Below, in pieces: positions 27,533 to 32,000 of a stretch of DNA of 32,000 bases. Origin of the DNA: Caldivirga maquilingensis IC-167 (GTDB taxonomy: Archaea > Thermoproteota > Thermoprotei > Thermoproteales > Thermocladiaceae); contig NC_009954.1 in NCBI RefSeq assembly GCF_000018305.1, forward strand, positions 240,001 to 272,000, given 5' to 3'. Every line of letters begins with the position of its first letter. Position 1 is the stretch's first letter. Both the position numbers and the translations under genes were made by a program. A model generated the notes under the pieces. That model made no database searches, was not told the DNA's origin, and worked only from the letters and a program-made list of their open reading frames with translations.

Positions 27533-29896
27533 TCATCTTCTTCTTAGTGTTATTATTGCTGCTACTATGGCTATGACTATTACTATTATTACTATTCCTG
27601 CTATTAGTGCTGTTGATATTACTGGTTTAGTCACGGTTACTGTGGATACTGCTGTGGTTGTTGCTGTACTAGTCACTGTGCTTACGGCAGTGGTTGTGAC
27701 TGTGCTTGTAACAGTGCTAACAGCAGTAGTGGTTACTGTTGAAGTAGTAGTTGAAGTAGTGGTTACTGGTGTAGTGGTTGATACTGGAGTATACGGTATA
27801 TGGAAGTACGATGCAACACACTGCTGTAGGCTTGGATCAGGATTAGGAATACCTAGGTAAGCCGCAAACTGAGGATACTTAGTCCAAAGACTACCATTAG
27901 CGATTAATTGAGCTAAAGGTGGTACATTTGGCGGCGGAGCTATTGCTCCAAGGTCAAGCCATTCCCTAGGTGAACCTGCCCATACATTCCATTGGCCACC
28001 ATTCTCATGAGCATCCAGTATATTGTAGAACATAATTGATGCATAAGGTAATGCACACTTATAGAGCCATAGCGGATCCATGTAACTTGGCTGATAAACT
28101 TTTATATATGGGTAATAGACTATCGGTATTACAGGAACATAGTAATCATACCATGCAAATAAGACCTCCGTTAAGTACTCATATAAATTGCTTCCTGGAG
28201 TTGACACATCATATGTATTAAACCAATTTGTTAAATTAATGTACCCAAACGTTGAGTTAACACACGTCACAATAGTGCCGTTTAAGTAAGGTGGAGTACT
28301 ATTATACATTGATGGTACAGTAACTGTTACTGGTGAGCAGTACCAGCCAGTGATCTTGCCGTTTGACGTAGTAGGCCATGCGAATGGCCAAGGCTTACTG
28401 ATGTTTATGAAAGTAGTAATCCAGGATTGACTAGATAAATAGGTCCATGCGGATTCATAACTATGCACTAGAAATTCTGGCGCCTGAATCTCTGCGGCCT
28501 CCCACTCAAGATGAGGCCAAATGGTACCAAAATATGTACTTAAATCAAGGCTTAATTCCTTCGTGGGAACACCGAAAGCTGACCATTCCTCAGCAACAAC
28601 CTCACCTTGAGTCATAAAGTATGTCCAGCCACTTGGACCAGAGATTAAGATTGTTAATGATGTACCATTAGGTAAGTACCATTGACCATTCTTATAGGTG
28701 AGGCCGGCAGACTTGAGTAAGTCACTGGCATAAGTTAAGTTATATGTGCATGGGATGTAGTATTTCAGGACTGATGCCGGGAAAGTGAACGCTACATTTG
28801 GTGTAACAGGGGCAGGATAAGGTGCTGGGGAAGATATCCATGATAATGAGACCTCAGTCCTATTTACAGCGTAACAGAAGGCTTGCCTTACTTGAGGTAA
28901 GTTGAATGGATATACGTAAGGATTGAGAGCAATACCAAATGACCAGAATCCAGGATACCAAAGAACAGCATAACCTGGTGTACTGTTTATGATTTTAAGC
29001 TGCTGAGCAGTCCAGCCAACACTTATGTATCCCATGTTTTGGTGAGCCTCAATCATTGTTAATATTGAGGCTGTTCCCCCTGGGATGAACTTATTAATTA
29101 TAGTTGGATCATAATAAGTCCATGACTCCCATGGTAATATTTTAAGCCATGTTGCTAGAAGTGGTATACCATTAAAGTATAAGGGCTCTAGTGTATATGC
29201 TACAAAGTTAGAGCCTATTGAGGTCATGTAATATGGGCCAAGACCCCAGTATGGTGGTACAAACTTCGTTATATTCGTTGAACCAAATTCTATGGCTTGT
29301 GTTACATTCATTGTTTTTAATGCATCGACTATTGGTTTCCAAACTGAGTACGGTGTTGGTGTATTACTTGTTAAGATCCAGTATGGTATGTATGGTGCCC
29401 ACTTCTGGAATAGGAATTGAATAGTGTAGTTGTTTAGTACTCTAACGTCTTCATCAACAAGGGATTGGTTTATGAACGGCACATACCAACCAAAAGCCTT
29501 CATACCAATATAGAAGTAGGCGTAAACATCCCATGCGGTGAAAGGCATTGTAGCTGAACCATTAAACCAATAAATATCATGCCTAAGGTAAATCGTTAAA
29601 ATACCACTACCATTAGGCAAAACCTCAACAGTCCAATTCTTAGCTAAAATCGGTAATGGCTGACCTGTGAATACGCTCCAAAACGCTAATGGTGGGGCTG
29701 ATGTAGGCCACCAAATATCATTACCAGGAGCATATGGATTCCATACTGGGCTACCAGGAACATATAATAAAGTACCCCATGTCGGTATTACGAATTGCGG
29801 CTTTTGTTGCGCGTGTGCTGTTATTGAGCTGTACAGTATGATTACTGCGGCTATTATGATTACTGGTAGTATCGTGTTTTTATTGAGTTTAGGCAT
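27533..29896 (-). CDS. Family-5 (oligopeptide/oligosaccharide-type) ABC solute-binding protein with Thr-rich linker and C-terminal membrane anchor
   Basis: It has an N-terminal signal or anchor. LTIYLRHDIYWFNGSATMPFTAWDVYAYFYI matches the SBP_bac_5 signature (LR..v.w.dG.pfTA.DV). The composition is W/Y-rich, and I count about 17 N-x-S/T sequons by eye. A 55-aa T/S/V linker is followed by a TM helix and RRR. Confidence 0.8.
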   Translation of the reverse strand: MPKLNKNTILPVIIIAAVIILYSSITAHAQQKPQFVIPTWGTLLYVPGSPVWNPYAPGNDIWWPTSAPPLAFWSVFTGQPLPILAKNWTVEVLPNGSGILTIYLRHDIYWFNGSATMPFTAWDVYAYFYIGMKAFGWYVPFINQSLVDEDVRVLNNYTIQFLFQKWAPYIPYWILTSNTPTPYSVWKPIVDALKTMNVTQAIEFGSTNITKFVPPYWGLGPYYMTSIGSNFVAYTLEPLYFNGIPLLATWLKILPWESWTYYDPTIINKFIPGGTASILTMIEAHQNMGYISVGWTAQQLKIINSTPGYAVLWYPGFWSFGIALNPYVYPFNLPQVRQAFCYAVNRTEVSLSWISSPAPYPAPVTPNVAFTFPASVLKYYIPCTYNLTYASDLLKSAGLTYKNGQWYLPNGTSLTILISGPSGWTYFMTQGEVVAEEWSAFGVPTKELSLDLSTYFGTIWPHLEWEAAEIQAPEFLVHSYESAWTYLSSQSWITTFINISKPWPFAWPTTSNGKITGWYCSPVTVTVPSMYNSTPPYLNGTIVTCVNSTFGYINLTNWFNTYDVSTPGSNLYEYLTEVLFAWYDYYVPVIPIVYYPYIKVYQPSYMDPLWLYKCALPYASIMFYNILDAHENGGQWNVWAGSPREWLDLGAIAPPPNVPPLAQLIANGSLWTKYPQFAAYLGIPNPDPSLQQCVASYFHIPYTPVSTTTPVTTTSTTTSTVTTTAVSTVTSTVTTTAVSTVTSTATTTAVSTVTVTKPVISTALIAGIVIIVIVIAIVAAIITLRRR
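27648..27755 (-). repeat. In-frame imperfect tandem repeat, 36-bp period (about 3 units), encoding TVTTTAVSTVTS
   Basis: Units start at 27648, 27684 and 27720. They lie in the Thr-rich linker of the binding protein. Confidence 0.7.
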
Positions 29897-29947
29897 AATT
29901 TTTATTAATGCTAATGGTTAATAATTTTTGCTACAATATTGGTGATT

Positions 29948-30012
29948 AAACATGTTTTAGTAAGTGATTGCTTCTAATGAATTTAATTAAACCATATTCC
30001 TAAAACATGTTT
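29948..30012. promoter_or_regulatory. Two copies of the palindrome AAACATGTTT (a 13-bp inverted repeat pair) upstream of the binding-protein gene
   Basis: AAACATGTTTTAG at 29948-29960 and its exact reverse complement CTAAAACATGTTT at 30000-30012. The palindrome cores are 55 bp apart, centred about 57 and 112 bp upstream of the ATG at 29896. Confidence 0.35.
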
Positions 30013-30029
30013 ACCCCCTTATGAGTAAT

Positions 30030-31133
30030 TTAACCCCACAGGTTAATGACCTTACTTAATCCCCTCCTTAACGTGTACCCATCACTAAGATACCCAATAA
30101 CGTATGAACCCAATATGACATTACTTGACTCCACGTAATCTGAGTTAGGGGGATTGGTGTTGGCGTTGTTAATTCTGAATATGTTCCCACCACTATTGTC
30201 AAGTATTCCTAAATTAGAATTATGCTCTATTACATTAATCATGATTTGATTCCACATTGATCCACCGTTAGGCATTGAACCAGTCATGTCTAGAATTATC
30301 CCCACATTATTACCGTAAATGTGTTGAATAAAGAATGTGTTAGCCTGCACACCAAGTGGGGTTTCATTATTACCTATTGTGGCTAAGCCCACCTTATTGA
30401 ATGTTAATAATCCTATTGTAATAAGATTGTTAAAGAATCCCGCTGCTGGTAATCCACTTATGTTTGGGTATTCATTTGGGTTACCACCCTCATTAATTAA
30501 TACACCTATGTTACTAGAGTATGAGACCCCAGGTATATCAATTACACTATCATTGACCTGGGACATGACTAAGCCATTAATATTATTTACCGCATACATG
30601 GAGGCATTAATATACGGTAAGTTGATTCTTGAGAAGTATATTTGACTACCACTGCTTGGTGATAATATTACTAATGCTGAGTTACGCCTAGTGGGGAAGT
30701 AAGGTGAAGGCTGTATGATTGAACCTGGTTCACTCACTACATTTAAGTAGTTGTAGTATGAGGCATAGGGTGGAAATGCCTCCCTGAAATCAATGCTCTC
30801 ATTAACTTCATATGTACCTGGTTTAATAAGCAAGCTCACCCTACAGTTACCACCCCTTGATAAGCAATCATTCCCAATGTAGTTTAACGCCTCCTGAATA
30901 CACGCTGTATTGGAGTTCACGCATATTCTTAATCCATGCCAATCAATTGCATAATAATACCCATTTTTCTCATAAACTATAATACGGTATCTACCCCATG
31001 CCTCAATAAAGTCACTTACTGAAGCACCCTCCTGAGTATGATTAATTGAATTAACCGCTCTTAACCCAGCGTATACTAATCCCCCTGCACCAGCAGCCGC
31101 ACCTAGGATCTTAAGGAACCTCCTCCTATCCAT
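30030..31133 (-). CDS. Tat-signal secreted protein with parallel beta-helix-like repeats
   Basis: MDRRRFLKILGAAAGAGGL is a consensus twin-arginine signal. The body is N/G/I-rich with periodic hydrophobic repeats (NVGIILD, NLGILDNSGGNIFRINN), like PbH1 beta-helix coils. No catalytic family is recognised. Confidence 0.6.
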   Translation of the reverse strand: MDRRRFLKILGAAAGAGGLVYAGLRAVNSINHTQEGASVSDFIEAWGRYRIIVYEKNGYYYAIDWHGLRICVNSNTACIQEALNYIGNDCLSRGGNCRVSLLIKPGTYEVNESIDFREAFPPYASYYNYLNVVSEPGSIIQPSPYFPTRRNSALVILSPSSGSQIYFSRINLPYINASMYAVNNINGLVMSQVNDSVIDIPGVSYSSNIGVLINEGGNPNEYPNISGLPAAGFFNNLITIGLLTFNKVGLATIGNNETPLGVQANTFFIQHIYGNNVGIILDMTGSMPNGGSMWNQIMINVIEHNSNLGILDNSGGNIFRINNANTNPPNSDYVESSNVILGSYVIGYLSDGYTLRRGLSKVINLWG

Positions 31134-31384
31134 AAGCCTAAAGGTTTACCCAGCCTTAAAACTAATACACTATGATTAATTTATAACATATATAAATAAC
31201 ATTATTTTAATAATGCTAAGTTTACCGATTAGTGTCCTAAAAATGTTTAGTACCCACCTTTTTTATTAGAATCCTTAAATACAGGGTAACTGATTGTATT
31301 TGCAACTTATGATCTATCGGCACGCTATAGGGTAATTAATGGATCAGCGGCAATAGCGTTAAGGGCGTATGTGGTTGGGTTTAC

Positions 31385-32000
31385 TTAACTTAATTGCCCA
31401 CAGTTAATTCTATTGAATTCCTTATGTGGCTCGATTTGATACCAGTAAGCCACACTCTCATACCTTGCCAGTACTTCATCGTATTCACCGTGGTGTATCA
31501 TGACTCTTAATTCCCTTTGGAATGGTATTGGGTCAGGTATGTGGAATCTATATGCTAGGATCCTAAACCTCCCCTCATCCTTAATTATTAGGCCGTGGAA
31601 TGGTGCATTGAATGGACCCTTAATGAAGTACCAGCCGCTTAGGAAGTAATCCTCAGTACCCGTTGAGCCGTATGCTAATTCACCATCAGCGTAAATCATC
31701 ATATTGCCCTCAAGGAACCCTAAACCACCTGAGGGTGGGTTGGCTTGGCTTAAACCCTCCATAGCCAGTACAGTACCCATGTAATGCCCCTTCCCTGAGG
31801 CATGTAGGATTAAATACGGATTACCTAATGTTGTTGGGTTTTCACTACGCCATACTGCGTGAAGCCTACCCATATTACTAATATCCACACCCTCATAGTA
31901 ACTAATCATGTAGTATAGGTGATCAACATCAAGATCACTGCAGTTCTCAACCTCAATAATAGCCTTCTCAAAGGGCATTGGAAGGAATGTATAATATCCA
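31385..32000 (-). CDS. DUF2961 / glycoside hydrolase family 172 protein (5' end beyond window)
   Basis: It has GSTGTEDYF, YRFHIPDPIPF and HHGEYDE motifs. The frame stays open upstream of the track's ATG (…GYYTFLPMPFEKA…), so the gene continues past position 32000. Confidence 0.75.
   Translation of the reverse strand, partial: GYYTFLPMPFEKAIIEVENCSDLDVDHLYYMISYYEGVDISNMGRLHAVWRSENPTTLGNPYLILHASGKGHYMGTVLAMEGLSQANPPSGGLGFLEGNMMIYADGELAYGSTGTEDYFLSGWYFIKGPFNAPFHGLIIKDEGRFRILAYRFHIPDPIPFQRELRVMIHHGEYDEVLARYESVAYWYQIEPHKEFNRINCGQLS

Noticed and set aside
27567-27860. 97-aa V/T-rich plus-strand ORF, and the idea that the 36-bp repeats here (or the 42-bp repeats at 17305-17703) are a CRISPR-like array
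   Set aside because: The repeats are contiguous, in-frame and without unique spacers. They encode the Thr-rich linker and the coiled coil of real minus-strand genes. No cas genes are present.

Overview
This window reads as a core-chromosome segment of a hyperthermophilic crenarchaeon of the Thermoproteales type. Caldivirga/Vulcanisaeta-like is my guess from gene content and sequence style, and I cannot verify it here. The basis is: an archaeal L39e plus PDCD5-like gene pair, A/V-type ATPase subunits A, D, E and F, a type-2 IPP isomerase, TATA boxes centred about 26-28 nt upstream of start codons (implying leaderless mRNAs), and AT-rich spacers full of TTAATTAA. I call about 35 protein-coding genes and one gene fragment. 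I found no tRNA, rRNA, CRISPR array, cas gene, transposase or integrase. Functional blocks: (i) 0.8-4.8 kb, amino-acid catabolism (GDH, APC permease, M42 aminopeptidase). (ii) 4.9-7.4 kb, a split UxaA/GarD-type sugar-acid dehydratase divergent from a GarR/MmsB-type reductase. (iii) 8-11 kb and 22.3 kb, oxidative-stress genes (TrxR, SOD, Bcp, a cysteine-less Grx-fold ORF) interleaved with a stand-alone RAM protein and a full-length Lrp. (iv) 13.1-16.8 kb, an incomplete ATPase cluster (F, E, A, no B) preceded by a DUF211 plus membrane-protein pair, with atpD isolated at 7.4 kb. (v) 16.9-17.9 kb, a coiled-coil protein built from 42-bp tandem repeats and ending in a PD-(D/E)XK-like domain. (vi) 18.1-20.3 kb, an MFS transporter translationally coupled to nadC. 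(vii) 20.4-22.2 kb, an accessory-looking patch (permease remnant, small ORF, HTH_10 regulator). (viii) 22.8-32 kb, a minus-strand glycan-utilisation locus (signal-less GH28, orphan family-5 binding protein, Tat-exported beta-helix protein, DUF2961/GH172, candidate isomerase). The best candidates for something undescribed are the archaeal GH28/GH172/UxaA-GarR sugar-acid system, the repeat-expanded coiled-coil nuclease-fold protein, and a 400-bp hairpin-rich gene-free region between convergent genes. All family assignments come from motif recognition by eye, with no database search.
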